Origin: an uncultured cyanobacterium
GTDB taxonomy: Bacteria > Cyanobacteriota > Cyanobacteriia > Cyanobacteriales > CAWUOF01
Length of the DNA stretch: 64,000 nt
Direction of reading: 5' to 3'
NCBI GenBank assembly: GCA_963744145.1
Contig: CAVUSO010000001.1
Coordinates: 3,904,001-3,968,000, forward strand
The notes beneath the pieces were generated by a model. It saw only the letters and a program-made list of their open reading frames with translations, was not told the origin of the DNA and did no database searches. Position numbers and translations under genes: made by a program. Positions 22,083 to 33,135 of the stretch are shown here, piece by piece (position 1 is the first letter of the stretch; each line of letters starts with the position of its first letter).

Positions 22083-22124
22083 GTAACAACCGATACGAAC
22101 TAATTCGATTTATCTTCTTAAAGT
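22083..22124 (+). promoter_or_regulatory. NtcA-activated nirA promoter
   Basis: GTA-acaaccga-TAC (GTAN8TAC, 22083-22096), a 22-nt spacer, then TAAAGT (TAN3T) at 22119-22124. Confidence 0.88.
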
Positions 22125-22168
22125 ATGTGCATCAGAGTCAAGGTTTAATACATACAGTGGACAAACTG

Positions 22169-23719
22169 ATGACAACAGTAGAGGTATCAAGAACTACCTT
22201 AAATAAGTTTGAAAAATTCAAACAGGAAAAAGATGGATTAGAAGTAAAAACCCAACTAGAAGATTTTGCTCGGATTGGTTGGGAAGCGATCGACGAAACG
22301 GATCGAGATCATCGGTTAAAATGGATGGGGATATTTTTTCGACCCGTAACTCCAGGTAAGTTTATGATGCGGATGCGAATTCCTGGTGGTATCCTTACCA
22401 GTAAGCAAATGCGGGTATTAGCAGAAATCGTCCAACGCTATGGAGATGATGGTAATGCAGATATTACGACTAGACAAAATCTGCAACTACGGGGTATCCG
22501 GATTGAAGATATACCGAATATATTCAATCAGCTTAAACAAGTTGATTTAACTAGTATTCAATCCGGGATGGATAATGTTCGCAATATCACTTGTTCCCCC
22601 GTTACCGGAATTGATCGGGATGAGTTAATTGATACTAGAGAATTAGTTCGTCAAGTCCAAGATAAAATTACTAACCAAGGTGAAGGTAACCGTGCTTTTA
22701 GTAATTTACCCCGCAAATTTAATATTGCGATCGCTGGTTGTCGGGATAACTCAGTCCATGCAGAAATCAATGATATTGCTTTTATACCTGCTTATCAACA
22801 GGAGAAAATTGGGTTTAATGTAATTGTCGGTGGTTTTTTCTCCGCTAAACGTTGTGAAGCAGCAATTCCTTTAAATGTTTGGGTGACACCTGAAGATGTG
22901 GTGGGTTTGTGTGAAGCAATTCTACTTGTTTATCGCGATCATGGGTTACGAGCTAATCGACAAAAATCTCGATTGATGTGGTTAATTGATGAATGGGGGA
23001 TGGAAAAATTCCGAGCTGAAGTGGAAAAACAATTTGGTCATTCCCTTCTAGGAGCAGCACCAAAAGATGAAATTATTTGGGATAAACGTGATCATATTGG
23101 AGTCTATCCTCAAAAACAGTCTGGGTTAAACTATGTGGGGTTAAATATCCCGATCGGTCGTTTATATTCCGGGGATATGTTTGATTTAGCTAATCTAGCT
23201 GAAGTTTATGGGGATGGAGAAATTCGGTTAACTGTCGAGCAAAATGTGATTATTGCTAATATCCCCGATTCCCGTTTAACTGCTTTTTTACAAGAACCTC
23301 TGTTAGAACGGTTTTCTCCTGATCCAGCGATCTTAACGCGATCGCTAGTTTCTTGTACGGGTGCCCAATTTTGCAATTTTGCTTTGATTGAAACTAAGAA
23401 TCGTGCTTTGACTTTAGTGAAAGAATTAGAAGCAGAATTATGCTTTTCTCAACCAGTCCGAATTCACTGGACTGGTTGTCCTAATTCCTGTGGACAACCT
23501 CAAGTTGCTGATATTGGTTTAATGGGTACTAAAACTCGCAAAAATGGCAAAACTGTGGAAGGGGTAGACCTTTATCTTGGGGGAAAAGTTGGTAAAGATG
23601 CTCATTTAGGTACTTGTGTACAAAAAGGTATTCCCTGTGATGATCTGAAACCATTTTTACAGGATTTATTGGTGGAAAAATTTGGGGCTAAGTTACGGTC
23701 AGAAGTTTTGGTTAATTAG
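22169..23719 (+). CDS. nirA: Ferredoxin-nitrite reductase
   Basis: LNKFEKFK, TTRQNLQ, NLPRKF, sirohaem/4Fe-4S ligands CTGAQFC and GCPNSCG. ATG at 22169 lies downstream of the promoter. Confidence 0.97.
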   Translation: MTTVEVSRTTLNKFEKFKQEKDGLEVKTQLEDFARIGWEAIDETDRDHRLKWMGIFFRPVTPGKFMMRMRIPGGILTSKQMRVLAEIVQRYGDDGNADITTRQNLQLRGIRIEDIPNIFNQLKQVDLTSIQSGMDNVRNITCSPVTGIDRDELIDTRELVRQVQDKITNQGEGNRAFSNLPRKFNIAIAGCRDNSVHAEINDIAFIPAYQQEKIGFNVIVGGFFSAKRCEAAIPLNVWVTPEDVVGLCEAILLVYRDHGLRANRQKSRLMWLIDEWGMEKFRAEVEKQFGHSLLGAAPKDEIIWDKRDHIGVYPQKQSGLNYVGLNIPIGRLYSGDMFDLANLAEVYGDGEIRLTVEQNVIIANIPDSRLTAFLQEPLLERFSPDPAILTRSLVSCTGAQFCNFALIETKNRALTLVKELEAELCFSQPVRIHWTGCPNSCGQPQVADIGLMGTKTRKNGKTVEGVDLYLGGKVGKDAHLGTCVQKGIPCDDLKPFLQDLLVEKFGAKLRSEVLVN

Positions 23720-23844
23720 GTTCTCTCTAAATTGCTAGGGATATTTAATCTGATCAACAGTAAATAATTAGGTAGAGAAAATATATTTGCTGTTGTAATT
23801 ATTGTCGTTTCCGAATTAAAAGCTTTCCCGAAAAATAGGTGATC

Positions 23845-24110
23845 TGCGAGGCGGGTTTTAATACCTCGACTACCCTTCGACTTCGCTCAGGGCAAGCGCT
23901 CGGCACAAGGGTTATTTGTGTGTAGCAAATTCATCGGTAACCCTACAGGTGATCAACCAGGAGCTGGGATTGTTTGCTAAAAAGTCGATGAATTTATGGT
24001 GACAATCAACCAGGATTTGTAGGGGCAGGTTCACCAATCAATTCTGATCCAAACAGATCATGGACAGGCAAGATGCCTGTCCCACTTATAAAACTGCCCA
24101 ACCAAACGAG
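23845..24110. repeat. Composite REP-like element with nested mini-inserts
   Basis: Shares gttatttgtgtgt..caaattcatcgg and accaggatttgtagggg..ggttcaccaat blocks with 32750-33010; contains cccttcgacttcgctcaggg and ggacaggcaagatgcctgtcccac. Confidence 0.7.
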
Positions 24111-24149
24111 ATAACTGACTGTACTGTATTTCATAAAGGAGAAGAGTAG

Positions 24150-25676
24150 ATGTTAAAGGGATTGTTTTCTTTCCAGAGAAGATACCAGATATTACACCTG
24201 AGTTGGTTAGCATTTTTTCTAACTTTTGCTGATTGGTTTAATTTTTCACCATTTGCTAGTACGATCGGGAAAGAGTTAAATTTAGTCGATCCCCAAATTA
24301 AAACTTTGTTGATTTGTAATCTAGCACTGACAATTCCAGCCCGGATTATTATTGGGATGGTGTTAGATCGTTTTGGTCCGCGGATTACCTATTCCGCTTT
24401 ATTAATCTTTTCACTGATCCCTTGTTTAGCAACAGCAATGTCTCAAAGCTTTAATGATTTAGTCATTGCTCGTTTATTAATGGGAATTGTTGGTGCAGGA
24501 TTTGTAGTCGGAATTCGGATGGTATCAGAATGGTTTCCACCGAAAGAAATTGGAATAGCAGAAGGAATCTATGGAGGTTGGGGTAATTTCGGTGCTTTTG
24601 GAGCTGAATTTACCTTACCAATTATTGGTTTATCCACTGCTTTCTTAGCAGGAGGAACAAGTAATTGGCGTTTTGCGATCGCGTTTACGGGAATTATTTC
24701 CGCTATCTACGGATTTATTTACTACCGCAATGCTGAAGATACTCCTCCTGGTAAAACCTACAAAAAACCTCAGCGGAGTGGGGGAATGGAAGTAACCAGT
24801 GTGCGGAGTTTTTATGCTATGAGCATCATGAACTTTGGGTTAATTTTTGCTCTAGGTTTATTAGCATGGAGATTAGCGCAACCCCAAATACATTTCTTCA
24901 GCATAGATCAAATGTTAATAGTTTGGTTACTGTTAGGTTGGTTGTACGGTTATCAAACTTATAAAGCTTGGGAAGTAAATCGAGAACTTCTCGAAGGAAC
25001 AAAAACCTATTCTCCCTCTCAACGCTATCAATTTCGTCAAGTTGCGATCTTACAACTCACTTACGCTGTTACTTTTGGCTCGGAAATTGCCGCAGTTTCC
25101 ATGTTACCTGGATTTTTTGAGAAAACTTTTGGTCTTGATCATCATTTCGCTTCCATGATTGCAGCTTGTTATCCATTTTTTAATCTAGTTTCTCGTCCTA
25201 GTGGTGGCTTAATTTCTGATAAATTTGGTAGTCGGAAATGGACGCTGACAATTATTGCTGCTGGGGTGGGAATTGGTTATTTATTAGCTTACGGAATTAA
25301 GGGAACTTGGGCTTTACCAGCAGCGATCGCTGTGACTATGTTAGCTGCTTATTTTGCTCAAGCTGGTTGTGGTGCTACTTACGGAATTGTACCTTTAATT
25401 AAAAAGGAAATAACTGGACAAATCTCTGGAAATGTTGGTGCTTACGGCAATTTTGGTGGTGTGATTTATCTCACTGTATTTAGTTTTACTGATGCACCAA
25501 CTTTATTTGAAACAATGGGAATAGGTGCTTTAATTTGTGCTTGTATGTGTGCTTTCTTCCTCAAAGAACCAAAAGGTTCCTTTGCTGAACATCATATAGA
25601 AGAAGAAATTACCGATACTCCACTAATTAATCCCGTGACAGTTTTAGCAGGAAATTCGGAATTGGTAGAAGAATAA
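24150..25676 (+). CDS. nrtP: MFS nitrate/nitrite permease
   Basis: NNP-family signatures (GAGFVVGIRMVSEWFP, GGWGNFG, GAYGNFGG); between nirA and narB. Confidence 0.92.
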   Translation: MLKGLFSFQRRYQILHLSWLAFFLTFADWFNFSPFASTIGKELNLVDPQIKTLLICNLALTIPARIIIGMVLDRFGPRITYSALLIFSLIPCLATAMSQSFNDLVIARLLMGIVGAGFVVGIRMVSEWFPPKEIGIAEGIYGGWGNFGAFGAEFTLPIIGLSTAFLAGGTSNWRFAIAFTGIISAIYGFIYYRNAEDTPPGKTYKKPQRSGGMEVTSVRSFYAMSIMNFGLIFALGLLAWRLAQPQIHFFSIDQMLIVWLLLGWLYGYQTYKAWEVNRELLEGTKTYSPSQRYQFRQVAILQLTYAVTFGSEIAAVSMLPGFFEKTFGLDHHFASMIAACYPFFNLVSRPSGGLISDKFGSRKWTLTIIAAGVGIGYLLAYGIKGTWALPAAIAVTMLAAYFAQAGCGATYGIVPLIKKEITGQISGNVGAYGNFGGVIYLTVFSFTDAPTLFETMGIGALICACMCAFFLKEPKGSFAEHHIEEEITDTPLINPVTVLAGNSELVEE

Positions 25677-25734
25677 AAATCCACCAGGGGTATAGCAATA
25701 TACCCCCACTATCATCATTTATTAACGACTAAAT

Positions 25735-27918
25735 ATGACTGATTCAACTCGAACTTTATGTCCTTATTGTGGGGTTGGTTGTGGATTAGAAGTCTCTCCA
25801 CCAGCTCAATTAGGTAAACCAACTAATCGCGATCATCAAGGAACTCCGATTTGGAAAGTAAAGGGCGATCGGGAACATCCTTCTAGTCAAGGATTGGTTT
25901 GTGTTAAAGGAGCAACTGTAACAGAATCTCTCGATCAAGATCGTCTGAAATATCCTATGGTACGCGATAGTTTAGATCAACCATTTCGTCAGACTACTTG
26001 GGATGAAGCATTTAATCTGATTGTTAATCGCATTCAAACTGTCAGATTTAATCAAGGTCCAGATGCTATTTGTATGTATGGTTCTGGTCAATTTCAAACT
26101 GAAGATTATTATGTCGCTCAAAAACTCCTCAAAGGATGTTTAGGTACTAATAATTTTGATGCTAATTCTCGTTTATGTATGTCGAGTGCTGTCTCCGGTT
26201 ATCTCCAAAGTTTTGGGTCTGATGGTCCTCCCTGTTGTTATGATGACTTAGAGTTAACAGATTGTGCTTTTTTAATTGGTACAAATGCGGCTGAATGTCA
26301 TCCAATTATTTATAATCGTTTCCGTAAATATCATAAAAAGAATAAAAATGTCAAAATGATCGTAGTCGATCCCCGTCGAACTCTGACCGCAGCAGATGCA
26401 GATTTACATTTAGCAATTCGTCCTGGTACTGATATTGATTTAATGAATGGAATTGCTCATTTATTAATGCGTTGGGATCATATTGATCATTTATTTATTG
26501 ATGAATGTACTAAGAATTTTCCAGCTTTTACTGAAGTAATTCAATCCTATCCTCCCGAATTAGTAGCTAGACGGTGTGGGATTCGTTTAGATGACTTAGA
26601 ACAAGCAGCAAAATATTGGGCTCAATCTAACGCTGTCTTATCGATGTGGTCGATGGGAGTAAATCAATCTTCCGAAGGAACTGCTAAGGTAAGAAGTATT
26701 ATTAATTTACATTTACTGACAGGTCAAATTGGTAAACCGGGTGCGGGACCATTTTCTTTAACAGGTCAACCAAACGCAATGGGGGGAAGAGAAGCTGGGG
26801 GTTTAGCTCATATTCTACCTGGTTATCGTTTGGTAAAAAATCCTGAACATCGAGCCGAATTAGAACAATTGTGGGGATTACCACCAGGAAGAATTTCTCC
26901 AGAAAGGGGTATGTCTGTTTGGGAAATGATCCGCAGTTTAGAAACTGGAAATGTTGGATTATTCTGGATTGCTGCTACTAATCCAGCTGTCAGTTTACCC
27001 GATCTAGAAAGAACTAAAAAAGCTTTATTGCGATCGCCATTTACTGTTTATCAAGATGCTTATTATCCAACTGAAACTGCTGCTTATGCTCATGTTTTAT
27101 TACCCGCAGCTCAATGGAGTGAAAAAACTGGCACAATGACTAATTCTGAACGTCGAGTGACTCTATGTCCCGCGTTTCGACCAGCTCCAGGAGTAGCAAA
27201 AGCAGACTGGGAAATCTTTGCTGAAGTAGGAGTGAGATTAGGTTTTTCTGAACAATTTAATTTTGCTGATGCTCGAGCAGTTCATGCTGAATTTGTCAAG
27301 TTGACAAAAGGGCGTCCTTGTGATATGTCCGGGATGAGCTATGAGCGTTTCCAACAAGAAGGTCCGTTACAATGGCCTTGTCCCGATTCTGGGATCAATA
27401 AACCAGGACAACCAGCGCGTCTGTATACCGATTTAAAATTCCATACAGCTGATCAATGTGCTTATTTTGCCCCATATCATTCCCACGGATTAATGGAACC
27501 ACCTGATCCAAATTATCCGTTTATCTTAACTAATGGTAGAGTTTACGGACATTGGCACACTCAAACCCGCACCGGTAGAATTGACAAAATTCGTCAGATG
27601 CACCCCCATCCTTTTATTGAGATTCACCCCCGTGATGCTGAAAAATTAGAAATTGGGGAAGAAACTTTAGTCGAAGTGCGATCGCGTCGAGGAATTGCCC
27701 GTTTTCCAGCCAAAATCACTCAAGCGATCGCTCCTGGTACTGTATTTGTCCCGATGCACTGGGGGTCATTATGGGCTGATCAGGCTGAATGTAATAATCT
27801 GACCCATCCTGAATCTTGTCCCGATTCCCTCCAACCGGAATTAAAAGCTTGTGCTGTCCAATTAATTCCTGTAACTATTAAAACTCAGGTTAAGGATTAT
27901 ATGCTTCAGACACATTAG
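25735..27918 (+). CDS. narB: Ferredoxin-nitrate reductase (Mo-bisPGD)
   Basis: [28 protein letters not shown] and QPELKACAV motifs. Confidence 0.96.
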   Translation: MTDSTRTLCPYCGVGCGLEVSPPAQLGKPTNRDHQGTPIWKVKGDREHPSSQGLVCVKGATVTESLDQDRLKYPMVRDSLDQPFRQTTWDEAFNLIVNRIQTVRFNQGPDAICMYGSGQFQTEDYYVAQKLLKGCLGTNNFDANSRLCMSSAVSGYLQSFGSDGPPCCYDDLELTDCAFLIGTNAAECHPIIYNRFRKYHKKNKNVKMIVVDPRRTLTAADADLHLAIRPGTDIDLMNGIAHLLMRWDHIDHLFIDECTKNFPAFTEVIQSYPPELVARRCGIRLDDLEQAAKYWAQSNAVLSMWSMGVNQSSEGTAKVRSIINLHLLTGQIGKPGAGPFSLTGQPNAMGGREAGGLAHILPGYRLVKNPEHRAELEQLWGLPPGRISPERGMSVWEMIRSLETGNVGLFWIAATNPAVSLPDLERTKKALLRSPFTVYQDAYYPTETAAYAHVLLPAAQWSEKTGTMTNSERRVTLCPAFRPAPGVAKADWEIFAEVGVRLGFSEQFNFADARAVHAEFVKLTKGRPCDMSGMSYERFQQEGPLQWPCPDSGINKPGQPARLYTDLKFHTADQCAYFAPYHSHGLMEPPDPNYPFILTNGRVYGHWHTQTRTGRIDKIRQMHPHPFIEIHPRDAEKLEIGEETLVEVRSRRGIARFPAKITQAIAPGTVFVPMHWGSLWADQAECNNLTHPESCPDSLQPELKACAVQLIPVTIKTQVKDYMLQTH

Positions 27919-28041
27919 ACAAGAAAGCAAAAATAAATAGGACAGGCAAGATGCCTGTCCCACAAAAGTGATTTTTTCTGGTGGGACAGGCATCTTGCCT
28001 GTCAATAAATAGATCAATAAGGACTTTTGCTTTCTTGTCTA
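27916..28041. mobile_element. MITE-like element (17-bp TIR) enclosing a REP-like doublet
   Basis: tagacaagaaagcaaaa (27916-27932) and ttttgctttcttgtcta (28025-28041) are exact inverted repeats; inverted gacaggcaagatgcctgtcccac pair inside (27941-28003). Confidence 0.65.
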
Positions 28042-28134
28042 TTGATGTTAAACTGTGATCCGTACATGGTAATCATTCCCTTACCTTAGCCAGAGGTGAA
28101 GGAATAAATTACTTACTGAACATCAGTCAAATTT

Positions 28135-28602
28135 ATGTCGTTATGGAAGAAAATATCCAGGGAAATAAATACTGCCTTGAGTGATCATGCCTTTCTCCAT
28201 TATATCAAAAAGTTAGAGGGAATAGTTTCTAAAATTCTCTCTTTGCTGATGATTGTAGTGATTCTAGTTTCGATTTGGAATCTAGCATATTTTCTGTTTG
28301 AAACCTTATTGACTACACCTTTAGATTCCTTTCCGGAAACTTTATTCAAAGTATTCGGACTATTTTTAAACGTTTTGATTGCCCTAGAAATTTTAGAGAA
28401 TATCACAGCTTATTTAAAGAAGCACGTCATTCAGGTGGAATTGGTGATTGTAACTTCTTTAATTGCGGTGTCTCGGAAGATTATTATTTTAGATTTAAAA
28501 AAAATTGATGGTCAAGAAATAATTGGTTTAGGGGTAGCTGTTCTCTCTTTGTCAATTAGCTATTGGATTATTCGTCACTTGAACAGTCAAACTCATGAGT
28601 AA
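28135..28602 (+). CDS. Phosphate-starvation-inducible PsiE-like membrane protein
   Basis: FGLFLNVLIALEILENIT and IAVSRKIIILD motifs. Confidence 0.8.
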   Translation: MSLWKKISREINTALSDHAFLHYIKKLEGIVSKILSLLMIVVILVSIWNLAYFLFETLLTTPLDSFPETLFKVFGLFLNVLIALEILENITAYLKKHVIQVELVIVTSLIAVSRKIIILDLKKIDGQEIIGLGVAVLSLSISYWIIRHLNSQTHE

Positions 28603-29056
28603 AATGTCTCCATTCTTTGAATTTGAATTAGAATTCGTCGATTCATTACGCTGTATACCTATGCAAGTAAGATTAAAGCTAGATACTTGTGGAGTGAAGT
28701 TAAAGCTAACTCAATGGTCTAAATTTAATCAAGCAGAACGTCAAGAATTAGTAGATCGTCCTTGTGCTACTCCTGAAGAAGTTAAATCCTATCGGGATTG
28801 GTTACAAGCATTAATTTTACAACGAACTGGAGCGATCGCAACTGAGCTAGCGATCGCTTTAAATCCCCCTTGGTTAGATGAAACAATTATCCCGGAAATG
28901 ATTCACCAAAAAGCTACAGAATTGGGGATTAATTTGACCTTAGAACAGTGGCAATCTTTAACTCCTTTACAAAGATTTGCTTTAATTAAACTGAGTCAAT
29001 CTGGACATGAAAACAGCAATTTCTTACCAGCTTTAAAAGAATTTAAAATTGCTTAA
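28595..29056 (+). CDS. narM: Nitrate reductase maturation protein
   Basis: FEFELEFVDSLRCIPMQVRLKLD and LTPLQRFALIKL..GHEN; downstream of narB. Confidence 0.88.
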   Translation: MSKMSPFFEFELEFVDSLRCIPMQVRLKLDTCGVKLKLTQWSKFNQAERQELVDRPCATPEEVKSYRDWLQALILQRTGAIATELAIALNPPWLDETIIPEMIHQKATELGINLTLEQWQSLTPLQRFALIKLSQSGHENSNFLPALKEFKIA

Positions 29057-29158
29057 TTGTGGATCGCTAATTAACTGAGAAAATCGCGATCACCCTGTGC
29101 CTCAAAATGATACTATACTCTTAAAGAGAATGACAAAACTTAGCTGAAGGAAATTGAT

Positions 29159-29992
29159 ATGGAAAAAAGAAATTATCAGCCACCAGTAGATCAGCTCCTC
29201 AATTACGGTAGCTGTCAGGAAATGGATTATGATGATTGGCCCAATTATTCCGAAGAACTGGGTATTACATCAGAATTTATTCCTGATTTAATTTTAATGG
29301 CTACAGATGAAGCCTTGTTGCACAAAGATGATGAAGACAGTTTGGATATCTGGGCACCAATTCATGCTTGTCGTACATTAGGACAACTTCAAGCTCAAGA
29401 AGCAATTGAACCACTCCTAAAACTATTTGACGAAAGCGATAATGATTGGTTCGGTGAAGACTTACCAAAAATCTACGCGATGATTGGTGTGAATGCGATT
29501 CCAGCTTTGAGCGATTATTTTACGAAAACTGACAACGAAATGGTTGCTCGAGTAACTGCGCTGGATTGCTTGCAACACATAGCACAACTTTATCCCGATC
29601 ACCGTTCCGAGTGTATTGCCATTATCACCCAGGAATTAGAAAAATTTAACGAAAATGATCCAGAATTGAATGCTTTTTTAGTCTCTACATTAACTGATTT
29701 AAAAGTAGTAGAAGCTGCACCACTGATGGAGCGTGTTTTTGCCAGCGATCGCATCGCCACCCTGCTCACCGGAGATTGGGATAATATTCAAGTAGAATTA
29801 GGATTGAAGTCGATTTCAGAATTACCTCCAAGAAAATCTTATCTATCTGAACTTTTCACAGAACTATCAAGCACTCCTTCCATAGAAGAAATCTCTAGAG
29901 AACCTGTCTCACGTCGTTCAGCGAAACAAAAAACTAAAGCCAAACGAAAACAAGCGGCTCAATCTCGCAAGAAAAACCGGAAGAAAAAGTAA
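29159..29992 (+). CDS. HEAT-like/DUF1186-type protein with a basic C-terminal tail
   Basis: WAPIHACRTLGQL..EAIEPLL; KRKQAAQSRKKNRKKK tail. Confidence 0.65.
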   Translation: MEKRNYQPPVDQLLNYGSCQEMDYDDWPNYSEELGITSEFIPDLILMATDEALLHKDDEDSLDIWAPIHACRTLGQLQAQEAIEPLLKLFDESDNDWFGEDLPKIYAMIGVNAIPALSDYFTKTDNEMVARVTALDCLQHIAQLYPDHRSECIAIITQELEKFNENDPELNAFLVSTLTDLKVVEAAPLMERVFASDRIATLLTGDWDNIQVELGLKSISELPPRKSYLSELFTELSSTPSIEEISREPVSRRSAKQKTKAKRKQAAQSRKKNRKKK

Positions 29993-30117
29993 TTTAGTAT
30001 GGCTCTGGTTTAAATTGAACGATCTGACAAGAGCGATCACACTAAGCAACCACCCACACCACTAGCAACAGTAATTGCTAGTAAGTATGGCATTTAAAAT
30101 AACTTTGGTTAAAATCT

Positions 30118-30663
30118 ATGATAGACGCAATTCCATCTCAACAAAAAATTCTGGAGCATCTGCAATCTCTTTTTCAAGAGTCAGGACAGGAAACCCTCTT
30201 AGGACATCCTAGTGATCATCCAGCGATCGATATTCTGGCTGTACGTTTTGATTCTATTGGTGGGAAAGATATTTGTTTGGATTTGAATATTAATTTCATC
30301 CCCTTAGATGAGCTTTCTCCCTTCTACCTCTTACAATTCTTCCTGATTGTCAGTGATCACATTGTCCCTGAAGCAGCCCAGGAATTATATATTTTAATCA
30401 ATGCAATTAGTGAGAAAATTCCGATTGGGGCATTTGGTTATTTACCCGATCGGCAAGTTTGCTATTTCAAACACAACTACATGATACCTACAAATTTTGA
30501 AGAAAATATTGGCTTATATTTAAGCATGATTCACCATCAATGTACCTTATTGAGCGGAATCCTTAATAATTTTGCTGATTCTATCCTAGCTGTTGTTGAG
30601 CAAAAATTAACGGCTCAGGAAGCATTACAGTCGAGTCAATTGGCTCAATTTTTTAGCAACTAA
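30118..30663 (+). CDS. Hypothetical protein
   Basis: 181-aa ORF with ATG start; no family recognised. Confidence 0.55.
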   Translation: MIDAIPSQQKILEHLQSLFQESGQETLLGHPSDHPAIDILAVRFDSIGGKDICLDLNINFIPLDELSPFYLLQFFLIVSDHIVPEAAQELYILINAISEKIPIGAFGYLPDRQVCYFKHNYMIPTNFEENIGLYLSMIHHQCTLLSGILNNFADSILAVVEQKLTAQEALQSSQLAQFFSN

Positions 30664-32533
30664 AACCGCTCGTTAAATGCCATAATTTTATTGTCTGATC
30701 TTTACTACCACTAGCGATAACTTCACCATTAGAACTAATACAGACTGCGGAAACAGAGTCTGAATGTCCACACAAAGTAGTGATTTCTTGTCCAGTTTTA
30801 ATTTGCCATAGTTTGATTGTTTTATCCCAACTACCACTTACTAAAGTTTCTCCATTAGGAGTAAAAGCTACTGCTACCACTGACCAGGAATGACCCAAAA
30901 AAGTGAAGAGCGATCGCTTACTATTTAGATCCCATAATTTAATTGTTTTATCATTACTTCCCGTCGCTAAAAATTTTCCATCGGGGCTAAAAGCAACAGT
31001 AAGAACGGGCCATAAATGTCCAGAAAAAATATAACATAATTGAGGACAAAATTCATTGTTTAAGCAAGAAGATATATCCCATAAACGTACAGTTCGATCA
31101 AAACTAGCACTTGCTAAGAAATTACCACAGGGACTAAATGCAACGGAAGTTACTTGTAATAAATGACCAGCGATCGCGACGATTTCTTTACCTGTACTTA
31201 CCTCCCACAATTTAATAGTTTTATCCCAGCTACTACTAGCTAAAATTTTACCATCAGGACTAAAAGCAACGGATTTCACTCCTTGTAAATGTCCGGAAAG
31301 AGTACATATTTCCTGATTTAACTTCCACAGTTTGATAGTTTTATCATCACTACCACTAGCTAAAATTGTCCCATCAAAATTCCAAGCAACTGTCTTGACA
31401 AAATGAGAATGTCCAGTTAAAATATAAATAACTTTGCCACTAGTTAAATCCCACAACCGAACAGTTTTGTCATCACTACCACTAGCGATCATATTACCTT
31501 CAGGATGAATTGCAACTGAATTAACATGAGCCAATAAACTTTCCGGTTCACCTAGAGTAGCAAAACATTGCCAAGGACAAGGATTTATGATATTAACTGA
31601 AGGAGATATATCCTCAGTATAGTTGAATTTGACTCCGGCTTTTTTGATAGCTTGGATGACTTCATCCGCAGATTTAAAGCGAAGACTAAGGGAATTTTGG
31701 AGCAGTTTGTCTAAAATTTGACTCAAGCGATCGCTAGGTTTATTAATTAGATAATCGCGCCAAACCCAAGTATCATTGACAACATCAAACAAATCAAAGG
31801 GAGAAATCCCCGTAAGCAAATAAATACAAGTAACACCTAAACTATAAAGATCACTAGCAAAAACTGCTTGACCTTTTGCTTGTTCCGGAGCAACATATTC
31901 CGCACTACCGATAGAAGTTACTGTTTGTAACTGGTTAATTTCTGTCCCCAATTTAGCAGCAGCGAAGTCAACTAAGATCAGATTACTTTTTTGCTCTCCC
32001 TTTGGATCAATAACCAATTGACGAATAATATTTGCTGGTTTGATGTCGCGGTGAATAATTTGTTGAGCATGAATAAATTTTAAAACTGGTAATAAACTTT
32101 CTAAAACTTGCCAAATTTGAGCTTCGTTAAATATCCCTTCTGCTTCGATCACCTTAGCTAAATTCATCCCATCAATATATTCCCGGACTGAATAAAAGTA
32201 TTGTTCTTGAGTAAAATGTGCTATTAAGGTGGGAATTTGGGGATGTTTACCTAATAGTTCAAGTTGGAGGGATTCTTGATGAAATAAAGCGATCGCTTTG
32301 TCTAATATCTGGCGATCGGAAGTAACAGGACAAAATTGTTTAATCGCACAAAAAAAAGAGGGAGATTGACTTTCATCCACAGCTAAAAAAGTTCTACTAA
32401 ATCCCCCGCGAGCAATTAACTTGATCAGATGAAAACGCTCTTGCAAATGTAAAATAGAACCGCAATTCTGACAATATTTATGATCATCAGGGTTTTGCGG
32501 GTTTTTACAATCTGGACTAGGACAATAGATCAT
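30653..32533 (-). CDS. Ser/Thr protein kinase with N-terminal Zn-ribbon and WD40 repeats
   Basis: C-x4-C...C-x2-C, IHRDIKPAN, DFA (for DFG), APE; about 7 GH...WD repeats. Confidence 0.93.
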   Translation of the reverse strand: MIYCPSPDCKNPQNPDDHKYCQNCGSILHLQERFHLIKLIARGGFSRTFLAVDESQSPSFFCAIKQFCPVTSDRQILDKAIALFHQESLQLELLGKHPQIPTLIAHFTQEQYFYSVREYIDGMNLAKVIEAEGIFNEAQIWQVLESLLPVLKFIHAQQIIHRDIKPANIIRQLVIDPKGEQKSNLILVDFAAAKLGTEINQLQTVTSIGSAEYVAPEQAKGQAVFASDLYSLGVTCIYLLTGISPFDLFDVVNDTWVWRDYLINKPSDRLSQILDKLLQNSLSLRFKSADEVIQAIKKAGVKFNYTEDISPSVNIINPCPWQCFATLGEPESLLAHVNSVAIHPEGNMIASGSDDKTVRLWDLTSGKVIYILTGHSHFVKTVAWNFDGTILASGSDDKTIKLWKLNQEICTLSGHLQGVKSVAFSPDGKILASSSWDKTIKLWEVSTGKEIVAIAGHLLQVTSVAFSPCGNFLASASFDRTVRLWDISSCLNNEFCPQLCYIFSGHLWPVLTVAFSPDGKFLATGSNDKTIKLWDLNSKRSLFTFLGHSWSVVAVAFTPNGETLVSGSWDKTIKLWQIKTGQEITTLCGHSDSVSAVCISSNGEVIASGSKDQTIKLWHLTSGFSC

Positions 32534-32555
32534 CGCTAATAACTAAATTATTGAC

Positions 32556-33135
32556 GGCGTTGCTGATTTACGGTATGAATAAATTTGTAGAGCATATTGC
32601 CATATAGAGGGCGCAAGAGCCATACGTCCCTACGGGGTTTTCCAATTATACAGCCTATTCCAGGTTTATAAAGTATAGCAGTGTTATCTGTGATGTCAGA
32701 TGGGATGAGTTCATCCATGTGATCTGTGGGGTTGGGCGGGTTCATTAAAGTTATTTGTGTGTGGCAAATTCATCGGTGAACCCGCCCCTACAAGTGATCT
32801 AATTGCCGATGTTTAAACAGATTTTCTGCCCGTCAGATTCATCAAATTTGCTCGGTTTGGCGGTGACTAAACCTAGACAATCAAGATTAAATTAGATCAT
32901 CAAAATCGATGGTCGATCAATTTATGATCACAATTAACCAGGATTTGTAGGGGCGGGTTCACCAATTAATTTTGCACCAAATCGATCACTATCAAAAACC
33001 CGCCCAACCAACACAGATCAATCACAATCAACTTTAACTGACAAATTGATCGGACAGGCAAGATGCCTGTCCCACAATCTTCCTGTACTTCATCAATATA
33101 GAATCTGCTGTATCATACCCTGATTAAGCAACGCC
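32556..33135. mobile_element. 580-bp MITE with GGCGTTG termini, filled with REP-like hairpins
   Basis: Left end ggcgttgctgatttacggtatg, right end cataccctgattaagcaacgcc; flanks ttattgac and ctattgac (7/8 target duplication). Same ends as 36894-36985. Confidence 0.75.
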
